Made by a program: the position numbers and the translations under genes
The notes under the pieces: generated by a model
Told to the model about the DNA's origin: nothing
The model's database searches: none
What the model saw: only the letters and a program-made list of their open reading frames with translations
Source of the DNA: Lama guanicoe
Taxonomy: Eukaryota
Direction of reading: 5' to 3'
Assembly (NCBI GenBank): GCA_013239625.1
Contig: MU054323.1
Span: forward strand, 12,159,694-12,223,693
Length of the DNA: 64,000 bases
Part shown: positions 37,560 to 49,861 of the stretch, piece by piece
Position numbering within the stretch: position 1 is the stretch's first letter
Layout of the letters: every line of letters begins with the position of its first letter

Positions 37560-38850
37560 CATTAAAAAAAAAAAAAACCCACTAATGATAAAGAAATTAT
37601 CTTAAAAGTGTCCAGAGTGAGAGGAAGAAGAAAACAAAACAAACAAAAAAGGTCACCAAATAGGGAACAAATTTTTAAATGATACTGGATTTCTCATCAG
37701 CAATATTAAATGCCAGCAGACAATGGAACAATCTATACAAAGTTCTGAGGAAAAATGATTTCTCAAAAAATCTCAGATTCAACAACCAAGCAAATGTGGA
37801 GTGAATGGTCTCTGGTCAATGGAACAAGAAATTAAAAGTTTAATAAGTCAATGATAGAGAAGCTTAAAAAAAAAGAGTGACATAAATACACAACATGGGG
37901 ACTCAAATGTAAATCCACAACTATCACCAAAGAAAGACAATGGAAAATAAGAAATAGACATTGAATCATTTAGAAATATGGAAGTAACAACCAGAAGAAA
38001 GAGCTAGAAGAACTGGTTGCCTCTGGGAGCCTGCAGGTGGGGAGGAGTTGTGCACAGGGAATGTCACTCATAACCATATGCATATATTACTCTAAAAACA
38101 TTCAAAATTTTTTCTATGAATGGTTTATTCTCACTAGAAATAAGAATGAAAATTAAGTACATTGGTACAAATTTACTGAAGGGCAATTTGATGAAATGTG
38201 TCCAAAAATGTTTAAAACATGCAAAACTTTTGAGCCTCTTCTAAGAATTGATTTTCTTAAATAATCAAGAATGTTCACAAAGATACATTAACTAGGATAT
38301 TCATCAAAGGTTTGTTTTAATGAAATATTAGAAATAACAACTTTAATGTCCAACAATAGGGGCTTGTCCAAATAAATAAGGAATTATATGATGAAATACT
38401 ATATAGCCATTAAAAATAAAGTAATAGGGAAATTTTTAGTGACATGGAAAAATATTCACAGTTTATTAACTGAAAAAACTGAGCTATTTATGGATAAAGT
38501 GATATAATGTCTTGGATTTGCTCAAAAAATAATTTAGGACAGGGGGAAGTGAAGGAGGGTTTATGAAAAACAAGATGGATCACAGGCTGATAATTATAGA
38601 AGTGAAATAACTGGGAAATGGAATGTCATTATACTATTTAGGCCACTTTTGTATATTTTCAAGATTCTCCACAATAAAGTGCTTTATAACTATGTACAAT
38701 ATGGATGCATTGAAATATGGAAATGAAATATAGAATAAAAGACATATATATCAAAAAATTGAATGGTTATGTCTGGTCACTTTCATTACCACTTGCTTAT
38801 TTCTGTTCTTTAGATGATCCTCACTAAATGCAAATACTTTTGTAGTAAGA
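37560..38850 (+). mobile_element. Very old L1ME-like fragments
   Basis: 'gatttctcatcagcaatattaaatgccagcagacaatggaac', 'aatgtccaacaataggg', 'gaaatactatatagccattaaaa'. Confidence 0.65.
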
Positions 38851-39109
38851 ACTTCTAAAACTCTAACATGAAATATGGCCTATTTCCGAGTTCTCTAGTC
38901 TTTGTTACTTGCCCATATTTCCTTTGGAATCAAGTATCACACTATTTTCACCACCTCGCTTTGTGGTAGCATTCTGTTTTTTTCCATTAGCAGAAACTAC
39001 AAGTGAAGCATCAAAATTATTTTTTGTTTTAAGGTTGAAACAATTACACTCAATGATGGGGCTTGCTTTAGAACACAGTGATGGATTTATTGTTAATTTC
39101 TCAGAATGT

Positions 39110-39470
39110 CTACCTCTTAGTTCAGTGGCTCTGAGCCCTGACTATCCATCAGAATCACCTCGAAGTTTTTTAAAACAACACCACTGCCCAGCCTTTAATC
39201 CCCCAAGGATCTGATTTAATTGGTCTGAGACAGGGCTCAGGTACTGGACATTTCTTATAAAGCACCCCCTAGTTGATTTTAATGTGCAGGCATGACTGAG
39301 AGCCACTGTCTTAGTGCTTACTTTGCACAGCGACTCTCAACCTTGGCCGCACTTTGGAGTCACTGGAGAAACTTGCAAAACACCAATGTGTAGAGCCCAC
39401 CACCCAAGATTCTGATTTAACAGGTCTGGGCTGTGGCCTGGGCATCTGAATTTTTACCTCTCCCCATACT
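39110..39470. mobile_element. Two adjacent MER5A-like hAT MITEs
   Basis: 'cagtggctct...atcagaatcacct...gatttaattggtctg...gagagccactg' and 'ctctcaaccttggccgcactttggagtcactgg...gattctgatttaacaggtctggg'. Confidence 0.75.
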
Positions 39471-39814
39471 TCCCCCCTAATACACGTATCTTTCATTTAT
39501 TCACAATGTCTGAGATTTATTTGCTAAGAATTTGTTTCTGTTAAAATATTAACATCCTGCTAAGAAAATATCCATTAAGATTTGCAACCCCTGACAGTTT
39601 CATGAGGACAAAAAATGTGGTTTGCATCAACATTCTGAAAAGTTTTGCACATGGGGAAAGAAAAGAGTGGTAAGACAAAGGGGATGTGAGGGCATGATAT
39701 ATATTAATATAGATATTAACAGAGAGAAAAGGAGAGAGAGAGAAGGGGGAAGCCTCAGAGAGAGAATGTGGGGTTTAAGACAAATGTTCCCTGCTTTAAA
39801 AGTGGAAGATGACA

Positions 39815-40100
39815 CACAAAGGCAAATACTGTACAATTCCACTTACAGGAGTTACTCAGAGTTGTCAAAATCATAGAGGACAGAAAGTCAAAAGCTAGTT
39901 GCCAGGGGCTGGGAGGAGGAGGAAATGAGAAGTTACTGTTTAATGAGTCTAAAGTTTCAGTTTTGGAAGATAGGAAGAGGTCTGGAGACGGTGACGGTAA
40001 TGGTTGCACAATAATATGAATGTATTTACAAACCACTAAACTACACACTTAAAAATGGTTGATAGTAAATTTTGTTCTGTATTTTACCACAACAAAAAAA
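39815..40100 (+). mobile_element. L1MB-like 3' end
   Basis: 'aaatactgtacaattccactta...gttgccaggggctggg...aatggttgcacaataatatgaatgta'. Confidence 0.8.
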
Positions 40101-40217
40101 ATTGTGGAAAAAAAGTAGAAGATGACAAGGATATTTGGAAACCTTGAGGTTGAGTCTACACCATTAGCTGAGCTTTACTGAGCTAAGCCAAGTATCCTGA
40201 GAAGATCCAAAGTCAAG

Positions 40218-40363
40218 GTTTTTATTTATTTTATTTATTTTTTGGGGTGGGGGAGATAATTATGTCTATTTACTTATTTTTAGAGGAGGTGCTGGGGATT
40301 GAACCCAGGACCTTGTGCATGCTAAGCATGTGCTCTACTGCTTGAGCTCTACCCTCCCCACTA
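40218..40363 (-). mobile_element. tRNA-derived SINE, Vic-1-like
   Basis: 'ggggattgaacccaggaccttgtgcatgctaagcatgtgctctac...gagctctaccctcccc'; exact TSD CAAAGTCAAG 40208-40217/40364-40373. Confidence 0.9.
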
Positions 40364-41009
40364 CAAAGTCAAGTTTCCTCATGAGACCAACTCTCCATTC
40401 TGAGCTTGGAGATGAGCTTCTCTGAGACAGAACCTCACTTCTCCTTATTCTCGTTCTTAGGATCACCATGAGAAACATCTCTGTGGCCCTCAACATGATT
40501 AAAATTGGCTCCCCCATTAATCAAGATTTTCAACTTAGCAAAGCATGCCCGGAGCCATTTTTCCTGTGTTAAACGCTGGTGTTTAAAGTTTAACACTGAC
40601 TTCCAAAGACCACGACGAAAATCCAAAGCTTACCCAGGTCTCAGTGGCTTCACAGTACACGTGGCAGGCATTTCATGTCTCCTTTGCTAAGGACACTATT
40701 CTTTCTGGAACTCTCACTTTTCAGGAACTCACATTTTCCCAGGTATCTTGTTCCAGTTTTTTGATGCCACTTTTCCTCATCTCCAAAGTTTTCCTATTGT
40801 CTTCTGAACTTGAAGCCATAAAACACAACATCGTGAATTTTGCTTGTAAACCCTTAAATCCTCAGTAAAATGGAAAATTCCTTCCAGCAATCAATGAAAC
40901 AGTTACAGATGACTAGGAAAACCTCCCTGATACCACACGTAACTTTCCGTTTTCCATTGCAAGTTCTAGCTTAGATTTAAATTGTCCTTCTTCTTGAGCA
41001 TTCTCGTCC

Positions 41010-41555
41010 ATGTTTCCTAAACTTGTCGTATGACACAGATCACTTAGGGTGCCTATAAAAATAAATGCAAATTCCCAAAACCCTTCCCTGGATACTCTGA
41101 TTCAGTAAGTCGAGGATGGAATCCAAGACCTTATAACTGCCTGTGTGTCTCAGGTGATTCTGCATTAAGCTGAGTTGCCTACACATAAGACAGAGGAAAA
41201 GAGCTCTTCCCAACTCTCCCACTCCTCATTTCCTCTTGCAAACATTCCAGGATTTCCTGCGTTTTCCCCTGGATGTTGGTGTCTTGTCTCAGTCTTGCTA
41301 TTCAAAACGAGTCCTCAGCTTGTTAGAAACTCAGAATCTCAGGCCCATATCAGACTTTCAGAATCTGCACTTTAACAAGATCCACAGATCATTTATACTT
41401 CCACTAAAGAATGAGAAGCATTGAGAGAGAAGTGTTTCCCAAGGTTTTTGGTAAATGCCAAAATCATGTGAGGCCTTCTCAAAACTGCAGCTGCCAGACT
41501 CCACCCCAGACCAGCTGGTTAATTCTGATGTGTATCCGAATTTAAGGAACACTGA
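41010..41555. mobile_element. Cluster of about three MER5-like MITEs
   Basis: 'aaatgcaaattcc...ctgattcagtaagtc', 'ttgttagaaactcagaatctcaggccc...cagaatctgcactttaacaagatcc', 'aattctgatgtg...aggaacactg'. Confidence 0.7.
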
Positions 41556-42174
41556 CCAAATGGCTCCTCCTCACAATTTTAACTTTGGCAACGACTATAA
41601 TTTTTTTATCTGCCAAGGAAAAAGGGAAATTTTTAATATCTTCCAAAATGCTAAATAAGTTAATTGAACACAGTTTCTGCATCTTACAATAACAGAAAGC
41701 TGGTTAAAATGTGGCTTAGCTAGCACAACATCCTGGGCATCAAAGTCCCCATTACCCATATCTCAGTTGCACCCTCGGTCAAGTTTCCAGATACCCCAGT
41801 CAAAGGGTCTCTGCCAGGCTCCTCTGTGGTCTGGTGAGATCCTCAGCACCTCCTTTCTCTTTTTGTTGGGTCTCCTCAAGTGCCTTCAGGACCTGAGAGG
41901 TCTATTGCTTGGCCTCTCTGTCCATTTAATCCTTTCACCAGAGTCCCTGGCTGTCTGCTTCCTCAGGTAGACATTCCCCTACCTGATTCCAAGTACCCTT
42001 TCCTGAGTTTCTGCACTATCAGTTGAACAGATGCTTTCTCTGATCTTCCTGAAAGTCCCTCCACCTTTGGAGTCCCATCTTTTTCCTCAGACATCTCCAT
42101 ATCTCTCTCCCCACCTCCCCGTCCTCCTTCTCTCTCTCTCTCCCTCTGTGGGCACTTGGCCTTCAGATTAGCCA

Positions 42175-42425
42175 ACACGTATGTAGCACTTCCTCAAGGC
42201 CAAGTGCTGTCCTTGCACTTCACATATGTTAACTGAGTCTTCACAACATCCCTACAAGTAGGTAGGACTACCATCCTTCAACAGATAAGAACACTGAGAC
42301 ATGGCAATTCATTGACTTGCTTGCATTGACTTCCCATAGCTGGTAAGTGGGACAGGCAGAGATTCAGACTTAGCCCATTTGGTCTCCAAACTCCACTGTT
42401 TAGCCCCTACACTATAGTGCCCTCC
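42175..42425 (-). mobile_element. MIR
   Basis: 'tcttcacaacatccctacaagtaggt...acagataagaacactgagac...gattcagacttag'. Confidence 0.75.
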
Positions 42426-42757
42426 AGGACTCACTCCATCTTCCCCAGGGTTTTTCTGCCTGACATCATTGACTAACCTCCAAACCAGAGCAGTAGCAGA
42501 TTTCCTCCTTTTCCTGGCTTGAGAAATGTCTAATAAGTTCTTCTCTTCCTGTTAAAGAAGACACAATGGCTAGATCATGAGCCCTGATGTGGCTTCATCA
42601 AACTTTCTCTCTGCTTCTCTTGGCTTCCTTTCAGAAGGGAAATAGTCAAGATTTTAATTTTACAGAATTTAATTTTATTTCATTTTAATTAAATTAATTT
42701 AATTATTTTAATTAAATTTTCACTTTATTTAATGTATTTACTATTACACACTTTATT

Positions 42758-44100
42758 TTATTTTATTGTTATAGCCAGTTTACAATTTTGTGTCAATTTC
42801 CAGTGTAGAAAACAATTTTTCAGTTATACATGAACATATGTATATTCATTGTCACACACTTTTTCACCATGAGCTACCACAAGATCTTGTATACATTTCT
42901 CTGTGCTATACAGTATAATCTTTTCTATTCTATATAAAACTTTCAGTATCTACAAATTTTGAACTCCTACTCTGTCCCGTCCACCTCCATCCCATCTGGC
43001 AATCACAAGTTTGTATTCTATGTCTATGAGCCTATTTCTGTTTTTCTGTTTTGTATTTATGTTCTTTTTTTTTTTTAGATTCCACATATGAGTGATCTCA
43101 TTTGGTATTTTTCTTTCTCTTTCTGGCTTACTTCACTTAGAATGACATTCTCCAGGGACATCCATGTTGCTACAAATGGCATCATGTTGTCACTTTTTAT
43201 GGCTGAATAGTATTCCATTGTATAAATACACCACATCTTCTTTATCCAGTCATCTGTTGATGGACATTTAGGCTGTTTCCATGTCTTGGCTATTGTAAAT
43301 AGTGCTGCTATGAACATTGGGGTGCAGGTGTCTTTTTGAAGTAGGGTTACTTCTGGATAAATGCCCAGGAGTGGGATTCCTGGGTCATATGGTAAGTCTA
43401 TTCCTAGTCTTTTGAGGAATCTCCATACTGTTTTCCACAGTGGCTGCATTCCCACTGGCAGTGTAGGAGGGTTCCCTTTTCTCCATAGCCTCTCCAATAT
43501 TTGTCATTTGTGGACTTTTGAATGACAGCCATTCTGACTGGTGTGAGGTGATACTTAATTGTAGTTTTGATTTGCAATTCTCTGATAATTAGTGATATTG
43601 AGCATTTTTTCATGTGCCTATTGATCATCTGTATGTCTTCCTTGGAGAATTGCTTGTTTAGGTCTTCTGCCCATTTTTGGATTGGGTTGTTTGTTTTTTT
43701 CTTATTAAGTCATATGAGCTGCTTATATATTCTGGAGATCAAGCCTTTGTCAGTCTCATCTTTTGCAAAAATTTTCTCCCATTCCGTAGGTTGTCGTTTT
43801 GTTTTACTTATGGCTTCCTTTGCTGTGCAGAAGCTTGTACGTTTAATTAGGTCCCGTTTGTTTATTCTTGCTTTTATTACTATTGCTTGTGTAGATTGCC
43901 CTAGGAGAACATTTTTGAAGTGTATGTGAGACAATGTTTTGCCTATGTTCTCTTCTAGGAGGTTTATTGTATCTTGTCTTATGTTTAAGTCTTTGATCCA
44001 TTTTGAGTTTATTTTTGTGTATGGTGTAAGGGAGTGTTCTAGCTTCACTGATTTACATGCTGCTGTCCAGTTCTCCCAACACCAGTTGCTGAAGAGACTG
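42758..44100 (-). mobile_element. Relatively young 5'-truncated L1 (ORF2 C-terminus and 3'UTR)
   Basis: Peptides [50 protein letters not shown] ttactattacac(c)actttatt at 42738-42757 and 44101-44121. Confidence 0.95.
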
Positions 44101-45214
44101 TTACTATTACACCACTTTATTACATTATCACAATATCAAAGTGAAGCACTTACACAAGTAGAAGTGGTTGTAAAGGAAGTGAAGGACCGTTCTCTCACAC
44201 ATGGCCTAAAAGTTGAGGAGTTCATCTCGGGAAGAAATGGGCAGGGAAGACTGGTGAGAGGAAACATCCCAAATCAGCCCTTCCTGAGCAGGACACAGGC
44301 TTGGTGACATGGATTTCAGCAGTTGGAACAGAAGAGGCCCACTTAGGACAGGGAGCACTGCACTGGCAACATCACTTGTTGGTGTTGACAGGAGGAGGAG
44401 AGGGGCTGATGAAACTTCACCCTCAGGGAACATATAAGGAGCAGGCAGTCCATCTCAGGAGCCATCTCAGGAAGAGAATTAAAAGCTGTATATCAGGCAC
44501 AACAACAAGAATAAAGTTCCTTAAATGGCACGATTTGCCATGTTTACATAATGAATGGGATCAAAACCCTTCAAATGAAAAGGGCTGCATGTCTCCCTCT
44601 AGAACGGTGAGGAAACTGGGTCCCACACTCCGTTTGTTATAAACAGAACAGAACCCCTCCCACCAGAGAAGCTTCAAGAGGAGAGGTAGCTATGTGCTGC
44701 CACCTGCTGTAGGAAAGACAAGAACCCAGGAAGCTGACACAGGCCCAAAAATTGGGCTTGAGACCTTGCAGGAGAAGGTCCTTGGTGGGTCTCCTGGCAG
44801 CTTCTGAGAAAGGAAGATCTGAGCTGGCCGGTCTTGAAGCTTGTATGAGAATACATTTGTCCACTACTGGGAAGAAGACCAGAGCAACCTCACTGGGCCA
44901 AGTTGTAGGTATGAGGAAGTACACAGACCAGCCAACCAGGAGCTGGGTTCCCACTGGGGAGCGGGAGGTAGGGTTGGAATGTAGGTTGGAGCAGAATTGG
45001 GGCAATGTGTCTCCTTATGAGTTAGGGACAGGAAGAAGATGACAACTCTGTGCCGGGGAAGCTATGCCAACCAAACCAACCATGCCCAGACATCTTGTGA
45101 TGTAGGGATAAAGAAATTCTCTGAAAATGCAATTTCCTTTCATCTCTTAGGAAAGTTCATCGTTTTAAAAAATCTAATTTGTCTTAGCCAAAGTTAGAAA
45201 AAGGATAAATTCAC

Positions 45215-45490
45215 AGGGTATAGTGTAGTGACTAAGAACATGCTTTCTGTAGTAAGACTGCCTAGGTTCAAATCCATTAATTACTCTGTGACCAGAAACA
45301 AGTTATATACTAATTACTCAGTGACCAGAAACAAGTTATATTTTTCCCTTGTGCCTCAGGTTCGGCTTCTGTAAAAATTCTGGAGACAGTAATAGCTCTT
45401 ACCTTGCAGAATAGTGTCAAGGTTAAATGAAATAATAGAGATAAAGCTCTTAGAATGATACCTGGTGCATAACTAGCATTCAATGTTAGC
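45215..45490 (+). mobile_element. MIR with internal 33-bp duplication
   Basis: 'tatagtgtagtgactaagaaca...agactgcctaggttcaaatcc...gtgcctcag...cttagaatgatacctggtgcata'. Confidence 0.8.
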
Positions 45491-47757
45491 ACTGGGTAAC
45501 AAAAGGCTCCTGCAGAAGTGGGTCTCAACATCAATGTGTAAGAATTACCAAGGGAATCTTCTCTAACTACAGATACAGGGGGCGTCTGGACTAGCGATGA
45601 GGAATCAGCATTTTTAGTGTCGCTCCAAGTGACACTGATGCAGGTGGTCCAAAAGCACCCTGGAAGGAACCCTGCCCTGGTGGCTCTATGTAGTGGTGGC
45701 ATCTCCCCTGCACAACTGAAAACCCAGGGGTGATTTGTAAGGGCAAACTCCAGAAGGAGGAGAGCTGGAGACAGCGGTGGTGCTACTCTCTTCCAGCCTG
45801 GAGCTTTCCCTTTTACACGTGTCTTACTTCCGTCCAGTTCTCTGAGCCTCTGCCAAAACACGGCTGTGCACAGAGCAACGGGAGTTTGACAAGGTCATCT
45901 CAGTACTGTCAACATGCAGCATCTCCCATTCTGAAAGAAACTTTTTGTGAGGACACGCCCCCACCCCTTTTTAAAATTTGTCTGCTCCTCCACTCTGAAT
46001 GCTGTGCTTTTTAAAGAGGGCTTCAAGATTTCTACTGTCCCAAAGGGATAAAAGTTGGAATTAACGCTCCATTCACAAGCTTGGGAAATTCTTCTGCAGT
46101 CCCATGAGAATATGAAATGGGAGAGCTTTCTTGGGTGCTTTGAACAGTCTAGGCAACCCTCCAGATGTGCCCTCCAGCTCCTCCAGAATGCCAGGAGTGG
46201 CCCCGGATTCCAAACAACAGCAGGCTGAGACCCAAAAATGCTCTTTGTGGTCTTGGATCCTTTTAAACACCCATCCCAGATTGAAGAGAATTCAAAATTG
46301 TGCCTAACAGATTCTCTTGAAGTCTTGCCCCAAATGTCTGAAGTAAGCACTTAGCCTCCTGCTCACTTAGCAATGGCATGGCACGTGAGAACTGCAAAAG
46401 GCATGAAAGACACATGGCTATGTTGTTCTGTGCATTTAGCTTCAGGCCTGATGCTGGAATTATCTCCCTAACCATCAAAAGCACAAAAATGGTTTGCTGA
46501 CAGGGGCAGGGGGTGAGGGGTGGCAGTACACTTTCCCTTCAGGTAGAAGGCTCCTGAGCTGAAGGTCTTCCATGAGGTCCTTCTGTGCTCCCTGACACAG
46601 GATTTGAAATTATGGTAAAATTATCCTACTGAGTTGTGTTTTGATTTTTTTTAGGTAATTGAAACTCTACATGAACCATTTGCCTTATGCCATCATTTCC
46701 TTATACCAGGCATTTATCTACATTCTTTTAAATTACATACCTGCTTTTTCTTCCTTGGACACAGGCTTTGGGGTCTGGTGTGTTTCTTAGTGCCACATAC
46801 TTTGTCAGAAAAGCCCCTCTTCATATTTCCAGTAAGAAGGGATACATCTCAGACTTAGAGGCTTCCAAAAGTGTGGAAATTGTGGTCCTGAAAGTGCAGG
46901 AATCTCAGGAAGCTATCACTAGCAATCTTACGTGCTTGGAGCACTAAGTAGAGTGATTTTCCAGAGGCCTCTGAGAACATATCTGCTGTTCATCAAAGCC
47001 CACCCTCTGCTCATCACTGTCCTAGGAGCTATAACGGCTTTTGCTTCTCTTCTCCCTTTCAAATCACATGTGAATGCCGTTCATTGAAAGAATATAACCA
47101 AGAGTCCTATTGACATATATCCTGAAAAATGTCATTCCAACCCCTCAGATACAGGAAAGAGCACAGAGAAGAAAAGTGTGCTCACTTTTCAACAACTAAT
47201 TCTGTACCTAATGTCATTTCTTTAGGTAATGATGGTGATTTTAGAGGGTAGGATGCTGTGTATGTGTTTGATGTCCTTATGTGGCAAAATTATAAGCTGA
47301 CGTCCATGGCAGATATCAGGGACGTCTAATTCTTTTCATTTCAGGCTTATTGTTCCTTACGGTGAGAGGTGGCTTACTTTCACCAAATAAATTAGAAGTC
47401 ACCAGTTTAACTCCACACAGAAGCCTTTCATTGCTGAGGCTCAACCCTCCACCCTTTTGTCCCACTGTCAGAGTATTCCTAGAAGAAAATGTTCATATGG
47501 AGGTAAAATGCAGAATCATCATATGGAAGACAGATATTCTGGCAAGTTCCCCAACCACAGTGAACTTTGCTAGAGCAAGAAATAAATCTTTATCAATTTA
47601 AGTCACAGAGATTTGGGGGTTATTCATTGCTGTACCATAAGCTAACCTGTTCTGACTGGTACAGTTAATGATAACAGAAAGGGAAAGGGATATTACTAAA
47701 TAGTAATTTAAAATCTGTGGCCTTGGCTAAAAGATCATGCAAATGGGATACTGAGGA

Positions 47758-48487
47758 AGCTGTTGGTGGGAATGTAAATTTATGCAGCCACTATGGAAAA
47801 CAGTGTGGAGGTTCCTTTAAAAATTAAAAATAGAGTTGCCTTATGATCCAGAAATCCCAATCCTGGGCATACATCTAAAGAAAACTCTAATTCAAAAAGA
47901 CACATGCCCCCCAGTGTTCATAGCAGCGCTATTTACAATAGCCAAGACATAGAAGCAAACTAAATGTCCACTGACAGATGACTAGATAAAGAAGATATGG
48001 TATGTGTATAATGGAATACTACGCAGCCATATAAAGGAATAAAATAATGCCATTTGCAGCAACACGGATGTACCTAGAGATTATCATACTAAGTGAAGTA
48101 AGTCAGAGAAAGACAAATACCATATGATATCACATGTATGTGGAATCTAAAGTATGATACAAATGAACTTATTTACAAAACAGAAACAGACTTACAGACA
48201 TAGAAAACAAATGTATGGTTACCAAAGGGGAAAGTAGGGGGCAGGAATAAATTAGGAGTTTGGGATTAGCAGATAGAAACTACTATATATAAAATAGATA
48301 GACAAGGTCCTACTGTATAGCACAGGGAACTATATTCAGTATCTTGCAATAACTTCTAATGGAAAAGAATCTGAAAAAAAGTATACATATACATATATAT
48401 GTGAATCACTTTCCTGTACACCAGAAACTAACACATTGTAAATCAACTATACTTCAATAAAAATGTTTTAAATGAAATAAAATAAAA
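47758..48487 (+). mobile_element. 5'-truncated L1 3' end
   Basis: 'gcagccactatggaaaacagtgtggagg...tgtaaatcaactatacttcaataaaa' with A-rich tail; same family as 12246-12667. Confidence 0.92.
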
Positions 48488-49331
48488 CTCTCTAGCCACA
48501 TTTTTTTTTTCAAATGGAACTTCTATCAGCTTGGAGTCCTCATTGGGGAAAATACAAGTCAGAGCCCCTCATCAACCTAAAATGGATATGGAGCATGAGC
48601 AATAAATAAACCTATTTTGTGGTGTTTTTGTTACCTAGTATTGCAGAGTGTGTCATGACCGATTTAGTTTTCCTATCACTTCTCCAAGTTATTTTGAAAT
48701 CTTCTTGATTTGTGTAACTCAGAAATCTGCCTTGGAGATGTCTATCCCAAACTCCCTTAAAAAATACAAATGCTCTTGCCTTAATCCCAGCAGACCACTA
48801 TTCCACCTACTTATCCACTCTCAGTCATGGGCACACACGATCTTGTACGTGGAGCCGAATCTGCTTCCCTATTATTTCTACCTGTTAATCTTAGTTCTTC
48901 TCACCTATGCAACCGAAAGTAAGAATAATTCTTCTCCCATAAACATCCTCTAACAAGTTTTCTTCTCTCTAGGTTATTTAATTGTCCCTCAGATGGCAGT
49001 TTCCAGACTCCTTACCATCCTCATCACCCTTCTCTTGATTGCAGTGCTTATGTTCCCCGTAAAATAGTCTCATAGAACAAATCTCCAAGGCTTTCTCAGT
49101 TTCTTAGTAAGAATTAACCATCTCTCCTCAATATTGTGAAAGGCCTAGTTATAAACCTCTCTTGGGGTGCCTGAGCATTACAGTCATTATTATTTGCATA
49201 TGTGTCTCCCCATCTAAACTCAGTTTCTTGAGGGTAAACTCTCACTCATTAACATATCTTGAGAGACCTTCACAGCAACTCTACACATTATAGGCACTCA
49301 AAGAAAGGAAAGCCAGAAGGGGATTCATGAC

Positions 49332-49861
49332 TCTAGTAGGCTGAATAATGGCCCTCAAGGATACCCAGGTCCTAATCCCCGGAACCTATGAACTTTACTT
49401 TGTATGATAATAGGTAACAAGACAGATGTAATTAAGATAAGAATCTTGAGAGAAGGAGATTATCTTGTGTTATCCAGGTGGGCCCTAAATGTAATCAAAT
49501 CACATGCAGACTTACAAGAGATAGGCAGAGGGAGATATTACTATGAGAGAAGGCAATGTGACAACCTCAGCAGAGAAGGAGGGATAGATTGATTTAAAGA
49601 TACTACTCTGTGGGCTTGGAAGACAGAGAAAAAGACCAGAGCCAAGCAATGCAAGCTCTTCCACTCTAGAAGCTGCAAAAGTCAAGGAAACCGATTCCAT
49701 GAGCCTCTGGAGGGAGTGCAGCCCTGCCAACACCTCGGTTTGGGGCCAGTGAAATTGATTTTAGACTTCTGGCCTCCAGAAATGTAGGAGAACAACTGTG
49801 TGTTGCTTTAACTCACTAAGTTGGTGGTAATTTGTTACAGTGACAATGCAAAAATAATACA
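49332..49861 (+). mobile_element. MLT1D-like MaLR solo LTR
   Basis: 'gtaggctgaataatggccc...gtcctaatccccggaacct...gacttctggcctccagaa...gtggtaatttgttacag...taataca'. Confidence 0.85.

Noticed and set aside
43075..44048. L1 ORF2 C-terminal ORFs as an active gene
   Set aside because: 5'-truncated, frameshifted copy of only ~1.3 kb
46640..47230. Two acceptor-donor AG|GTAAT recursive-splice-like sites
   Set aside because: No evidence for a long plus-strand intron here; the motif is frequent by chance
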